This document shows, one piece after another, positions 38,151-51,332 of a stretch of 64,000 bases of DNA; the first letter of the stretch is position 1, and each line of letters begins with the position of its first letter. The stretch is from Batkoa obscura (lineage: Eukaryota): positions 124,001 to 188,000 of the forward strand of contig JASVEC010000026.1 in the NCBI GenBank assembly GCA_030770535.1, written 5' to 3'. Both the position numbers and the translations under genes were made by a program. The notes under the pieces are model-generated. The model searched no databases. It saw only the letters and a list, made by a program, of their open reading frames with translations, and had not been told where the DNA came from.

Positions 38151-39162
38151 ATGTCCACATTTGAAGAACAATTATTATTTCCAGGGGATAAATTATCTTT
38201 CAAACAATTATTAGATATTGAAGGTGGAGAAATCATATCTGAAGAACCCATCAATATCAAATTAGGTCCAGGTTTAATTCAAGTTGAAGAATCTATTGTA
38301 GCTATTAGTTGTGGTATCTTAAAAAAAAAAAAAAACAAACATCAATATTGGTTGGAATTTAATTCAAAAAGAGTAAGTAAAATGATGTTATTTTTTTAAT
38401 TTAATAAATTGATAGAATTCAATTTTTTTTACTATTAGTATATTCCATCTACAGGAGATTCGGTACTTGGAGTAGTGACTAAAAAACTTGGTGAAGGTTA
38501 TGCAGTTGATATAGGTAGTGCTCAACGATGTAATTTATCTGGTAATGCATTTGAAGGTGCAACAAAAAAAACAAGACCTAATTTAAAGGTAAAGAATTAA
38601 TTGAGAATAATTTTTAATTGATGAAAAAGTTTTTGATTAATCTATATTTATTATTTAGGTAGGTACTTTATTATATGGTAAAATAGTGTTGGCTCATAAA
38701 GATATGGAACCTGAAATGGAATGTTACAATTCGTTTACTAATAAAGCAGAAGGGTTTGGAGAATTAAAAGATGGATTCGCGTTTAATTGTTCTATTGGTC
38801 TTTGTAGAAGGTAATCAAATTATTTTATTATTTTATTATTTTATTTTCTTTTATTAATTATAAATATAATATTATATATTATATATTATATATTATATAT
38901 TATATATTATATATTATTTATTGTATATTATTTATTATTTATTATTTATTATTTATATAGATTATTAAATCCTAAAAATAAATTATTAAATTTAATTGGT
39001 AATACAATACCATTTGAAATCTGTATTGGACTAAATGGTTGTATTTGGATTAATACAGAAAAAGAAGAAACTAGTATTGGACTAAAGAATATATTATTGG
39101 AAGCTGAAAATATTGATGAAGAAGATGAAGATAGGATGATCAAATTAATAGAAGAATTATAA
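38151..39162 (+). CDS. RRP40: Exosome complex component RRP40
   Basis: Four exons: IKLGPGL...YWLEFNSKR|YIPSTGDSVLGVV...FEGATKKTRPNLK|VGTLLYGK...KDMEPEMEC...GFGELKDG...|PFEICIGLNGCIWI. Confidence 0.92.
38868..38918. repeat. (ATATATT)n microsatellite in RRP40 intron 3
   Basis: About 7 tandem 7-mers. Confidence 0.8.
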
Positions 39163-39981
39163 AAATAAAAAATATTTATATAGTTTATTATTAAAATTAA
39201 GTTAGTTTATTACTTATAATTTGGTACATAACATAATAAAAAATAAATTCAGAAAAGTACAGAAAGATTTAAAATCAAATCGAATATTTTAGATTAATAC
39301 TTTTAAATAATTAAATAATTAGAACTGATTTTATATCTTTATAATTCAATGTTTTAAATTTTGTTTGTTCTTTAAATAAATTAAATAAAATGTTAAGTTT
39401 AATACTTTTGTCACTAAATATCATAATTAAATCAATTAAAATTTTATTATTATACTATTATTATACACTTTGAACTTTTTAAAATGATAATTTGATATTT
39501 AAATAAATCTTAAATTATTTTACACTAATAAAAATCCTTCTTGATTGAAGAACTTTACTAACTATTTTTCTACTCAATATTATTTATAAAATAAACAATT
39601 AAATAAAATTGAAAAAATATCATTTTATATAATATTATAAATTTAATATTATAAATTAATTTTATTTCTTAGATATTCTATTAAGACAATGATTATTTTA
39701 ATAAATGAAATTCAATTATTATATTCAAATCGAAGTTTATTTTAAATCATATTAATAACAATGTCAATTATTAATACAACTTTAATTAATCACAAAGTAG
39801 ATAAAATCTAATTTTAAAAAAGAATTTAACAAATTAAGTAATAAGAAGGAATTTTTAATTAATTTAATAATTATATTAAAATAATAATCAGTTTAGTAAA
39901 TTTTTATAATATTGTTAATTATCTAATTTATCTATTATCTATTTATCAGATTAAACAATTAAAATAAAGGTTTATTATTAT

Positions 39982-40036
39982 GATAAATAAGATAAATAAG
40001 ATAAATAAGATAATTAAGATAATTAAGATAGATAAG
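39982..40036 (+). repeat. 9-bp tandem repeat (GATAAWTAA)x5 plus GATAGATAAG upstream of a GPCR gene
   Basis: GATAAATAA x3, GATAATTAA x2, then GATA and GATAAG. It ends about 85 bp before ATG 40120. Confidence 0.8.
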
Positions 40037-40119
40037 TAAATAAAATTGATGAAATTTAAAAAAATTCAATTTATTTTTTTAATTTATTTTTTTAATTTTT
40101 TAATTTTTTTAAACTCTCA

Positions 40120-41031
40120 ATGGATGAACAATTAAAATTAGATATCTTAACTTATACAGGAAACATACTCTCTCTTTTATTTTTATTTATTAGTTTCATA
40201 TTATTTCTTATAATTTACATTCATAACAAAAAGATTAACACATCTATACTTTATAGAATAACATTAATTATTTTATTTGGTGATTTTTGTTATAATATTA
40301 ACTATTTAATTAAAAGAAATATTAATATTCATAACATTAACACTTGTTTATTTCAAGAATGGTTTAGTACCTTTAATATCTCAATATCTATGTTTTATGC
40401 CTTATCAATAGCTATCTTATCTTTATTCAATATTTTACATTCTTATAAGCCAACATTGAAAATTCGATTATTAGTTTACTTAATACCTTTATTATTATCT
40501 ATAATAATAAGTTGTATTCAATTGATTTATAATAAGATGAAATTAAGTTCTGGAGAATGTATTAATAATTTAAGAAATTTAGAAATTGTAGATAATTTAG
40601 TTATTAAATTTCTATCTGTATGTCTTACTGTTTTAATCGGTCCAATCATTTATTCAATTATTCTTATTTATCTAATATATAAACGAAAGCAACTTCAACA
40701 ATTAAGTGGGAATAAGAAGAATAGTTTATCTACTTTAAGTTATAAACTATTTTTTCGTTTAATTGCTTATCCTTTAATACCAGTTATTTGTTATTCCTTT
40801 TATTTTGTTTGTTTATATTTAAAATATAATAATGTAAATAATGAAATTACAATGATTATTAGATTTATCTGTTCTTTTTTAATGCAATTTCAAGGTTGTT
40901 TAAATTCATTATTGTTCCTTACAAATACTATCTTCTTAAAAGAATTCAAAAATTGGTATAAAGAAAGGAAACTTAGAAGTTGCAACGGTTCTAATCTTTT
41001 AGTATTAAATAAATATTATTATTATTATTAA
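40120..41031 (+). CDS. 7TM G-protein-coupled receptor, cAMP-receptor/Git3-like
   Basis: Seven hydrophobic helices. YR..LIILFGD, C.FQ.W, RLIAYPLIP and QGCLNSLLFL motifs. Confidence 0.8.
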   Translation: MDEQLKLDILTYTGNILSLLFLFISFILFLIIYIHNKKINTSILYRITLIILFGDFCYNINYLIKRNINIHNINTCLFQEWFSTFNISISMFYALSIAILSLFNILHSYKPTLKIRLLVYLIPLLLSIIISCIQLIYNKMKLSSGECINNLRNLEIVDNLVIKFLSVCLTVLIGPIIYSIILIYLIYKRKQLQQLSGNKKNSLSTLSYKLFFRLIAYPLIPVICYSFYFVCLYLKYNNVNNEITMIIRFICSFLMQFQGCLNSLLFLTNTIFLKEFKNWYKERKLRSCNGSNLLVLNKYYYYY

Positions 41032-41463
41032 ATTTTTTTTGTAGCAATTTTGGACGCTTTTTAGAATCAAGTCATCTAAAAATTAATCATAGTTTCTTGC
41101 TTAAAATAAATAGATTGGTTATCGGTTACATCAGAGTTGCTTTTTATCTTTAAAATTAAACTTATTTTATTTTAAAAATACCTTGATGTTGCAATTATCT
41201 ACCTTTACCACTTGGATCTACTCAAAATATTATATTGCTTTTGAAATGACCTTACACAAATTTAAAATTTAAAATTGATAAATCAAATATTGAATATTAA
41301 TAATATTTCAATTTGAAACTAGTAAATGATAATATCAATATTAAATCAACTTTGTAACTCAAATATAATATTATTCAACTTGTTTTGCATAATTGTAAAA
41401 ATGATATCTTTTATAACTAACTAAACTTAAAACAATTTTAGCTTTAATAATCAAACAAATCCT

Positions 41464-41524
41464 TCGATCGATCTCAATAATTCTGATTTTAGGATGACAT
41501 AATGAAAGAAAACATTATAAAAGG
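41464..41524 (+). promoter_or_regulatory. Photolyase promoter: tandem GATC (TCGATCGATC) candidate light-response element plus TATA box
   Basis: TCGATCGATC at 41464-41473, TATAAAAGG at 41516-41524 and ATG at 41567. Confidence 0.4.
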
Positions 41525-41566
41525 AGACCTAATTCTCATTAACATCAACACATTTTTAATTTAAAA

Positions 41567-43198
41567 ATGAAAGACAAAACTAATGGTAATACGAATGGTA
41601 ATCTCAATGGTCACAATAATAAAAAAACAAAACTTGATCCCAAAAATGTATTATTTTGGTATCGAACAGATATGCGAACCTTAGATAATCGAGCATTAGA
41701 AGGGGCTGTTACTGCGGTTGAACAATATCAAAAAGATGGACATCAAAGTAGTTTAATTTGTTTATTTATTGCAAGTATAGATGAATGGAAAGATCATAAT
41801 TGTAGTTTAATTAAAATGGATTTTTTTTTAAGAAATATCAAGGATCTTCAGATAAAATTAAAAGAGTACAATATTCCATTGATTTTTAAACAAAATAATC
41901 AAAGAGAAGAGATACCAAATTTAATACTTGAATTATGTAATAAATATAATGTCAAGAAGTTATTTTTTAATATTGAATATGAAGTTAATGAGAAAAAAAG
42001 GGATAAAAAAGTAAGTGATTTATTAGATGGTAATAATATTCAAGTTATTCAACGACATGATCAATGTGGTATACCACCTGGTGAAGTAGTAGCCAAATCA
42101 ACAAATCAACCATATACTGTTTATACACCCTTTAAAAATACATGGAATATAATAGCCAGTCGAGGGGAACATCTAAAAACATCAAAATATGATTTAAACA
42201 AAATTAATAATAATAATGAAAAAGATAATTATTCAGAGTTATTTAATATTGAAATACCAAAATATATTGAAGAATTTAAATTAAGTGATGAAATGATTGA
42301 ATTAACTAATAAATTATATCCAAGTGGAGAAATTGAAGCAAATAAAAGATTAGATGAATTTGTTTTAAAACGTAGTAAAGATTATAAAGTGAATAGAGAT
42401 ATTCCCTCCTTAAGTGGTACTAGTATATTATCCCCATATTTAACCAGTGGTGTTATATCAGTCAGACAATGTATTAATAAAGCAATTAATAATAATATTG
42501 ACAAGTTAACAACTGGAAACCTTGGAACAACAACTTGGATTTCAGAACTTATTTGGCGTGATTTTTATCGACATGTATTAGTAGCTTATCCAAGAGTAAG
42601 TAAAAATCAACCCTTTAAATTAGAAGCTAAAAATATCCCATGGGAAGATAATGAAGATCATTTTAAAGCTTGGTGTGAAGGAAAAACTGGGTACCCCATA
42701 GTAGATGCAGGTATGCGACAATTGAATTCAATTGGTTGGATGCATAATCGATTACGTATGATAACGGCCATGTTTTTAAGTAAGGATTTATTAATCGATT
42801 GGCGTAAAGGGGAACAGTATTTTATGCAAAACTTAATTGATGGTGATTTAGCTTCTAATAATGGTGGTTGGCAATGGTCAGCATCAACTGGCACCGATGC
42901 TCAACCGTATTTTAGAGTATTTAATCCAAAGTTACAATCTGAAAAAGTGGATCCAATAGGAGAGTATATTAAAAAATGGGTACCTGAATTGAAACATTTG
43001 GATAGTAAAAGTATACATGATCCTTTTGAAACGTTACCAAAGGACAAATTTGATAAGTTAAAGTAAGTTTATTTTGTTTTTATTGATGTATATAATTAAA
43101 ATGATTTTTTTAGTTATCCTAAACCTATTGTAAATCATACTAAAGCTCGAATTAAAGCTATTGAAGTATATAAAGCAGTAATGAAGAAATCTAAATAA
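41567..43198 (+). CDS. PHR1: Class I CPD DNA photolyase
   Basis: WYRTDMRTLDNRAL, YTVYTPFK, TSILSPYL, WISELIWRDFY, GWMHNRLRMITAMFL, NNGGWQWSASTGTDAQPYFRVFNP. After intron 43063-43113 it ends YPKPIVNH...KKSK*. Confidence 0.95.
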
Positions 43199-44088
43199 AT
43201 TAATAAATAAAATCTATGCATTCGAAACACAATTACTATTATTCGAGTTTGTTTATTTTTTTTTCTTACTATAGTCATGATAAGTTACAAATCCTGTATA
43301 TTTATCTTTTATTATATTAGATTTAAAAATAGTAGTGATCTTACACCCTATAATATTATTAATTTTAATTAGTTGTATATTTGAGTGATTTCATTATGTT
43401 GAATAAGTAATATTAAAACAAGACTCATTAATAACTTAATCGCAATTTCGCTTTTTTATACCTCATAAAATTTAATTTATTGTCTAAATTTAGTAAATAA
43501 ATTATTATTCTGCATGAAGACAATAATTTAAATGAAATTTCAACAATTTCAGTATAATTAAATGATATCAATAATTATAAGGAAACGAACAGATAGTATA
43601 ATAAAGAATCAAATAAATATTATTTTTTAATATTTAGTATCTTCATCAAATTAAATTACCTTTTTTTATTATCATCATAAATATCACTAAAAATCTAAAA
43701 TTTACCCTCGTATTTTTAAATAAGAATAAATAATTAATAAATAATTAATAAATACTAAATATAAACTAAATAGAACATTTATTTTTTACAATTGATTACC
43801 AATATAAATAAAAATATAAAAGTCAATTTTATATATAATTATTTAATTTTTAAAATTGAAAGCAACAATTAAATACAAAGAATTAAAAATATCAAAGTAT
43901 TAAAATAGCAATAATTTTAAGAATTCTAATAAGAATTAATAAATCTCAATAAATATTAATTAATTAAAATTCATCAAATTGAATAAATAAAAATAAGGAA
44001 ATAAAAAAAATTTCAACAAATCATATATTTCTTTTAATGTTTACTTAATCTCTTAAATCTTACTCTCTTTTCATTTTAATACTAATTA

Positions 44089-45012
44089 ATGCTCTCCTTT
44101 CAATTCATTTCTACTTACATTGATTTTTATAGCAATTCATTATCAATAACCCTAATCTTATTTTCATTATCTCTACTAACCTTAAACTACTTTATTACCA
44201 AAGAATTTCATCAATCTGCTTCTTATCGATTATCTATATTAATCTTGTTGGCTGATCTATTTTATGGTATAGGTACCTTCCTTGGTATTCACCCACAAAT
44301 AACACTGTCTAAACCGTTATGTTATATATATCAATGGTTAAGTACCTTCAGTATCTCAATTTCTGTAAGTTATTCAACAGTTATAGCAATTATCTATTTA
44401 TTAAATATAGTATACGAATATCGATTAAGTAAAATAGTGAAATATATTGTATATCTATTACCACTTCTCATTTCCTTATTAACTAGTTTATTACCCATTA
44501 TTTTTAATAAGATTAATACCCGAGGAACATGTGGATATAACTCGAATTATGACGGTTTGCTTTGGTTTATAGTTTCTAACTTTATGGCTATTTTTATAGC
44601 TTGTTGTTTATGTCCCATTATTTATGGAATGATTATTCATTATCTTTTAAAAAAACATTATCAATTACGATATAATAATTCCTATCTTCTTAAGAATCAA
44701 TATCAGTTTCAATTTATTACATACCTTAGATTGATCTTCTATTCTTTAGTACCTATTATTAGTCATTCAATAAATATCTTCATGTCGATTATGAGGTTAG
44801 CTAATATTCCATTATCAATAACTACTATTCATCGATTATCTTATTTTGGTAATTTTTTAATTGGTATTCAGGGTTTTATTAATTCCATATTGTTTCTTAC
44901 AAACTCAATATTTTTAAAAGAGTTACATCAAGTTTATCATTTTGTATTTGAATATAAAAGGTTCGATTGTCAATATGGATATGCAATTAATAAGTTAAAT
45001 GAGTGTATTTAA
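44089..45012 (+). CDS. 7TM G-protein-coupled receptor, cAMP-receptor/Git3-like; paralog of 40120-41031
   Basis: SYRLSILILLADLFY, LCYIYQWLSTFSISIS, RLIFYSLVP and QGFINSILFLTNSIFLKE. Confidence 0.8.
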   Translation: MLSFQFISTYIDFYSNSLSITLILFSLSLLTLNYFITKEFHQSASYRLSILILLADLFYGIGTFLGIHPQITLSKPLCYIYQWLSTFSISISVSYSTVIAIIYLLNIVYEYRLSKIVKYIVYLLPLLISLLTSLLPIIFNKINTRGTCGYNSNYDGLLWFIVSNFMAIFIACCLCPIIYGMIIHYLLKKHYQLRYNNSYLLKNQYQFQFITYLRLIFYSLVPIISHSINIFMSIMRLANIPLSITTIHRLSYFGNFLIGIQGFINSILFLTNSIFLKELHQVYHFVFEYKRFDCQYGYAINKLNECI

Positions 45013-45783
45013 TTAGTAAGTGGAACGAGTATATAAGCTATATGTTTTTTTTTGATGGAAACGGAGAGGAAATAAAGTAAAGCTTTGAATTTTTAATTGT
45101 TAAAAAGGAAACTAAGAAAGCTTTGATGAGCTTAAGTTGAACTATTATTAAATAGTAGTTTAATTACTTTTAATTTGTATTAATTTTTTTGAAGTGTAGA
45201 GATTCCGATTGGATGCATTTGTATAATATGCTTACTGAAATGGAATTATCGAGTTTTCAATCTGTTCTGTTTTAACAATAATAATAATTCATATCATTTA
45301 AGTAATCCTGATTTCTAATAAACCCTAACAGGCTTAAAGTATTAAACTAATTTATCCTTATTGTTGAAGTTTATTAGTACTTCAATCAATTAACTAGATA
45401 CTAATGTTCACCATGTGTTTATATAAAACAAAGCTTATTCCTTGATCTTTTTATTGTATATTTTTTGTATTGTGGTGGAATATTATTTTTATATACTAAA
45501 AGTTACAATAAAGCACATAACAAAAAAAACTACTCATATATCATTTCATTAAAAAATATAAACATTTTATTTTATTAAAAATATATATAAAGAGTAAAAA
45601 AAAAAAGAGTTAATAAAGATTAAAGAGTATGTATATCCAAAATAATATAAAAAACGTCGACGATATGTTAGTATGTAAAAAAGGAAGTGTAGTTTTTTTA
45701 AAAAGTTCAGCCATCCCGGCTGATCTTCAAGTAAGGTAAATTAAATAACATTATAAAAGATATTTCCATCTCAAATCTCCGAT

Positions 45784-48700
45784 TTAAGCCGAAAGATTAT
45801 GTTGCGGATTCATCAATTGAGCTTTTGTATTACTTTTTGAATCCGTTATATTTTTTGAACCCACTGATACATCAGCTGCCTTAGGTGCTGAAGAATGGGA
45901 TCTTCTCATATTAGTAATGGATGTTTTTGATCTTGATAAAGGTCGACGATATTCCCTATCCTCACTAATGGATGGTAATCTTTCCGCTCCATCTCGATGC
46001 GTTAAATATTGTAACGAAAAGCTATCCCCTTGTTTAGCTGCTTTACCAAACCAGTGTAATGCGGCAGCTACATTAGCTGGATCAAATTTATCCGCACCAT
46101 TAGTTACTTTGGTTGATGAACTATTATTAGTTACCCTATAAAATGAACTTAAAAAACTAGAAGCTAAGGTTGGACTTTGTATATTTTGCTTTGGAAAATC
46201 TACTTCATTATCACCCAAGAAACCTTTATATTCTTTAGGTACGGATGGAAGAGATAGGTACAAAATTCCTAATTCTCTTTGAGCTACAACATGGGATTCT
46301 TTAGCTGCTATTGTAAATAATCTTAAAGCTTCCATTTGTTGTTTTTGTTCACATTGATCATTATGTTCATTGGCTTTGGGTTCATTGTTCGTTGGTCTTT
46401 TGGACATGGAATCTAATAATATGGTACCCTTAGTAACGATTCGATCCACTACTTCTTTCTTGACACTCATAGCTGCCATAGTCATATCCCAATACGCTTT
46501 ACCTTCATCACTTAAATCAAGGATCGATCCTGGTACAAATAATGAAATTAATTGAAGATCTCGGAATAAATATTTAGGTCGAGTACGTCGAAATATCCTT
46601 TCAAGTTCATTTACAATGGAATCAGTACCTGGGCTTTCACTCGAAGTTATATTAGCTACTACCAATAATTCTAAAGCAAAAAACATATGCAACTTTTTTA
46701 ATGGTGAAGAATATAATGTAATTTGTGTACATAATGTATTATAATCTGCATTTGATGAATATATTGAAGATACACTTAATGGGGGACTTAAAGCATTTGA
46801 AAACGATGTGGAATTAGCTGAAGTAGATGAATCTGAAACCGGAGATTGTGAACAAGAGGAAAGGGAAACCCTTGGTGAGTTAATAAAACTAGCTTGATTT
46901 CCTTTTATTGGAGGATACAATAAACTTGAATAGAGGCTTAAATAAGGACCTTCGTTTGATTTAAGTTCAATATCATGATCTAAAGGTTCAAACTCAGTTA
47001 CTAACTCATTAAACCATTTATCTGTATATCCAGGTTTAAATGCTGAAGAAAATTCACTTAATATTAAGGCAATAATACGGAGTCGCATAATTGAAGGGAA
47101 ATTACAATTGGATGTATTGGCAAATGCATAAGCTTGATGCATACGTTTATCAATTGCTTCATCTTGAAATAAATCAAGCGAATCATTTGAAGGGTGAGTG
47201 ACGTGTGCTAACCTTAAACTAGAGATGCCTGATAACTGTGAAGAAGAATGATTGGAATGAGAAAGTGTATCTAAATTTTTATCAAATAAGAAACTTTCTT
47301 GTGTATAACCATCCGAGTACCATATGTTGGATAATATTATTTGACTAAGTGCTTGTATTTTTAAACAATAATATTGAAATCGTGTGTCTCCTGGAATAAA
47401 ATCATGGATTTTTGATTTGATTAAATAATCTTCCACTTCACTTTTTTGATAATCTTCTAATGGAGAACCAAATGCTATCTCACCAATATGGTCCCTATGT
47501 TTACCATACACTTTGGTAAGTCGGAATTGGGTATAAAATACAAACAATCGCAATGAACTTACTTTAGCTTCGCAATTGATAGTAGCTGCTCTAATTCTTC
47601 TTTCAAATTCTTGTGTAAAAGACATCCACACCTGCCTCTGTTTTGAGTAAGAATCTCTTACACTACGATTGCTTTCAAATGTACTAGATATATTACGAAT
47701 TAATCCAGAAAAATTATCTCTTGAGTATTCTTCTGGTATTGTTAACAATAAATTCCTTGCATTTTGAAATGAAACTGATTCATTAATCCTACCATAAAAT
47801 CGTGAGGATAACGATGCCATCTTAAGTGTTTCATCAATACCTCCTTCTCCATGATTGGTAAATACTGTTCCCTTTGAATAAAAACGTGCACTTCCGTTTT
47901 CATACATTGTTATTGCTTTTATCAAAGAAGTACTAACATTATGAACATCGGACGATGACTCAGATTCATTTTGATTGACACTACATGGCGTCATAAAATC
48001 CAATTTGTGAAACGGTGTTATAGTAGCATCCCCATACTCTGTGCCTTTTTTAAAGCTAGAGGAATACGACACTTTAAATAAAACGGAATGATTTGTTTTA
48101 ACTTCTTTTAAGTCACTTACTAAAGGTTTTAATTTGCCTAAAATACTTTTAAAATAATTTTCAAGACTACTTAAACTATTCCTTGAAGTTTCTGATTTTG
48201 ATTTTAGTTCTACTGAAAAAAATGTGTGTAATTCAATGATATCTTGTGATGTTAATAAAATGGTTGGAAATAAAGTAGAGCTTGTGGGTGACGGGGTTGG
48301 ACTAGATTCTATAGGTGTAAATGCATTATAAATAAAAGCTATTATAAAATGTTAATAAGTTTAAAGAAATAAAAATAAAATAAATTACAAGGAAGATCAG
48401 GTAAAACTTGATCATTATTAGATGGTACTGAAAATAAGCCTACCACTTTTTCAACAAGGTTACGAATGCGTGGATCCACATTTAAAGACCTCCTATTCCT
48501 TAAATTGATTAAAAAAACATTACAAAATTTACAAATTAATTTACCATCCAGGAACAGCGCTTGTAACTGTGGTGATATACCTATAAAGTCTTTGATGAAT
48601 TTGATATAATATTTTCTGTCTCCTCCTCTCTGATATATAATAGTCTTCACACATCCCAAATAACTAAATATTATAAGTATATTTATTAAGTGATAGCAAT

Positions 48701-49841
48701 AATATTTTACCTCTGGATAGCATATGACCTTTCCAAAAAAACGATAAAAAAAGAACTTTAACATGACTTGAATTGACGCATAATAATGAAACTGACTTGG
48801 AAGTTCCGAAAGTATCGCATGATTTAAATGTATTAGACAAGGTGGAATATATTGATCTAGTATTGATAGCAACTCAAAACAAGCGGAATCTAAAAACTTA
48901 TCGACTTCGGCAGGATTGGGCTGATTGTAAGGGGTAGAGAAATGAGAATTTATGTTTTGGTGCATAGTAAACATATTTTGAGAAAAGGATTGGGATCTTC
49001 TTCTTCCTGAAATATTGGTACGATTTAACTCTTCTTCTGGGTATAATTTTAATATTTCTTCTCCTTGATTTAGTACTTTCAATAACACTAATTCCAAAGA
49101 CCCTTTTGATGTCCAATTATGTACCTTCAAATACCTTTCCAATATTCCCATAATAAACTGTTCTCCTTTCCTTTCCTTAATCAAGGATATTATTATTGTT
49201 TTCCATAAATTCATCCTTTGAAAATATTCCTGCTCAAAAAGTGGTGAATCAAATAAGCCATACAAAAAAATATCCGGTATAGTTGATGCGCTTTCAAACG
49301 GCACTTTAGGTTTAACTAAGTCAAACAGTTTATCTGAGCATAAATTGGTAAAATATGGTGCAATAATGTCGGAGTGGGACCTAATAAAAGTAACAAACTG
49401 CTGTACTAAAACATTGTTTTTCTGGCTGAGTTCATCAAGCAAACAAAGCTTTAGTGTTGGGTCACATAACCTTTGGTCTACCAATTTAAACTGTAAATTT
49501 TGAAATACTTCTTTATAAAACGCATAAAAACTACTCGTATCCTCTTCCTTTTTAATCAAGTCATGTAGCACTTCAATTAAGTCTTGGTAAATGTAAAACT
49601 CTCTTAAAGATACTTTAAGTGCTTTTAGCTGTAGCAATAACCTTGAAATCTCTTTTGACTCTTCCAATTTTTGATGCTTTTCCGTTAGTAATAACTCTTT
49701 TAACTCATTCAATGTTGATATCTTTGAGTCTCTTATCAACAATGTTGACGGGTACGATGTTGAGCCCCTGGTATTGATTGTCAATTTAGTGCTGGTGGTA
49801 TACGAGTTTTTACCCGTTTTACTGGACAAAATGGAAGACAT
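45784..49841 (-). CDS. Large conserved fungal protein with a VPS9-like region and C-terminal SEL1-like repeats
   Basis: Three short introns (~48710-48664, ~48544-48500, ~48388-48339) join ORFs 48342..49841 and 45784..48072. PKYLFRDLQLISLFVPGSILD...GKAYWD (VPS9-like); AAKESHVVAQRELGILY and ALHWFGKAAKQGD (SEL1-like). Confidence 0.75.
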
Positions 49842-51332
49842 TTAAAATTGTTTATAAGTTAGTAAATGGTTGGCATAAATCGAAGAAAGCTTCAGTTGAA
49901 TTGAAACTTTGCTATTGAGCTCCTCGTACTACTTAATAACCAAACTTGCAATTTAGAAAAAAATAGTTTCTTAGTTTAATTTCTGTTTTCTTAAAGAATC
50001 GCTGCTCAATTTTTCATTTCTAATTGAATCAATTGCTTGTTTTGGCAGGTCTTTTCAAATTTCTGGCTGGAGAAATTAAATGAGTACAATGCTAATTGAA
50101 AATGTGATTCGTAGTTAAAAAGAAAGTTCTATTTGGAAGGCTAATAAAGTGTATAAATAAAGATTGTTTTTTATTAAAAGAACTGGAATTCAAAAATATT
50201 AAAAAAAGACTAGAATTTATTAATAAAATAAAACAATTTATTAGTTTAATTTTAAAATATATTTAATATTAAGCCTAAAAGGTTAATTATATAATTATCT
50301 AGATCAAAACACAAATCCTCTTTTTGATTTATTTTTTAAGAATCATTAGTCAACTAAACACAGGTGAATTCGAACCAATCAAACCTCCACCCCTTTTTAA
50401 GAGTTGTCTTTCTTTTATGTGAAACACTACCACCATATATTAAATGTTGTAATAAATGAATGAATGGATAAAGTAAAAACCAAATATAAATTCTATTTTT
50501 CATATTTTTAAATTGTTCAACGGATATTAATTTTATAAACTAATGTTTTAATTATGATATCTCTTATTACATCATAGAATCGAAGGGTGGAGGATGATGA
50601 GTTTAAGTGGCTTTTAAAGTTAATTTACAAATGGAACTTTTATTTTAGAACTTTATTCATTTAAAGTTGTAAAGTTATAAATGTTTAAATAATGACTTTT
50701 AATATTCTTTTGTGAAAAAGTTAAAAGGTTAAATAACTTGTGTTTATTTAGTTAAAAACGGCAGATTTTAATGTGAAGTATTATTGTTAATAATAAGCTT
50801 GAATTTCATTTTTTAGAATCTACTATTTTGAAAATACTAAAATATTGAATGTTATAGCCATTGCACTATAAAAACGAAAAACATTAAAGTAGACAAAAAT
50901 AATGAAATATTTTGGTAAATTATTATAGAGGCTGTAAACCAAATTAAAGAATATTGTACATTTAGTCAAACGCAGAAACATTTAAATTTTATCTTAGAAT
51001 TTAAATTTTGAACGTTAATTAAATTTCAGGGATAAAAGCTTAAATCATTGAAATAAATGGATTTCTCATTTACAGTTAAATTGATAATTAACCTCAAAAA
51101 ATTATACTCAATTAACCAAAACAATAAGTTAATATGAAACTACTTTACCCAAATTATTATTTAAAACCTTGTTAGAATTAAATATAAAGAATAAAACTCA
51201 CAGATAGCAAGTAATAACTAAAACACGAAAATATCACTATAAATAACGATTCATACTTTAAAAATTATTTTATTATTTAAATGATAAATGTAACCTGTTG
51301 TCTCAATTTAAAAATATACAAGTAACAACAGA

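Noticed and set aside
40120..45012. The GPCRs flanking photolyase as opsins/rhodopsins
   Set aside because: TM7 (LMQFQGCLNSLLF; LIGIQGFINSILF) has no retinal-binding Lys and matches the cAMP-receptor-like QG.LN motif.
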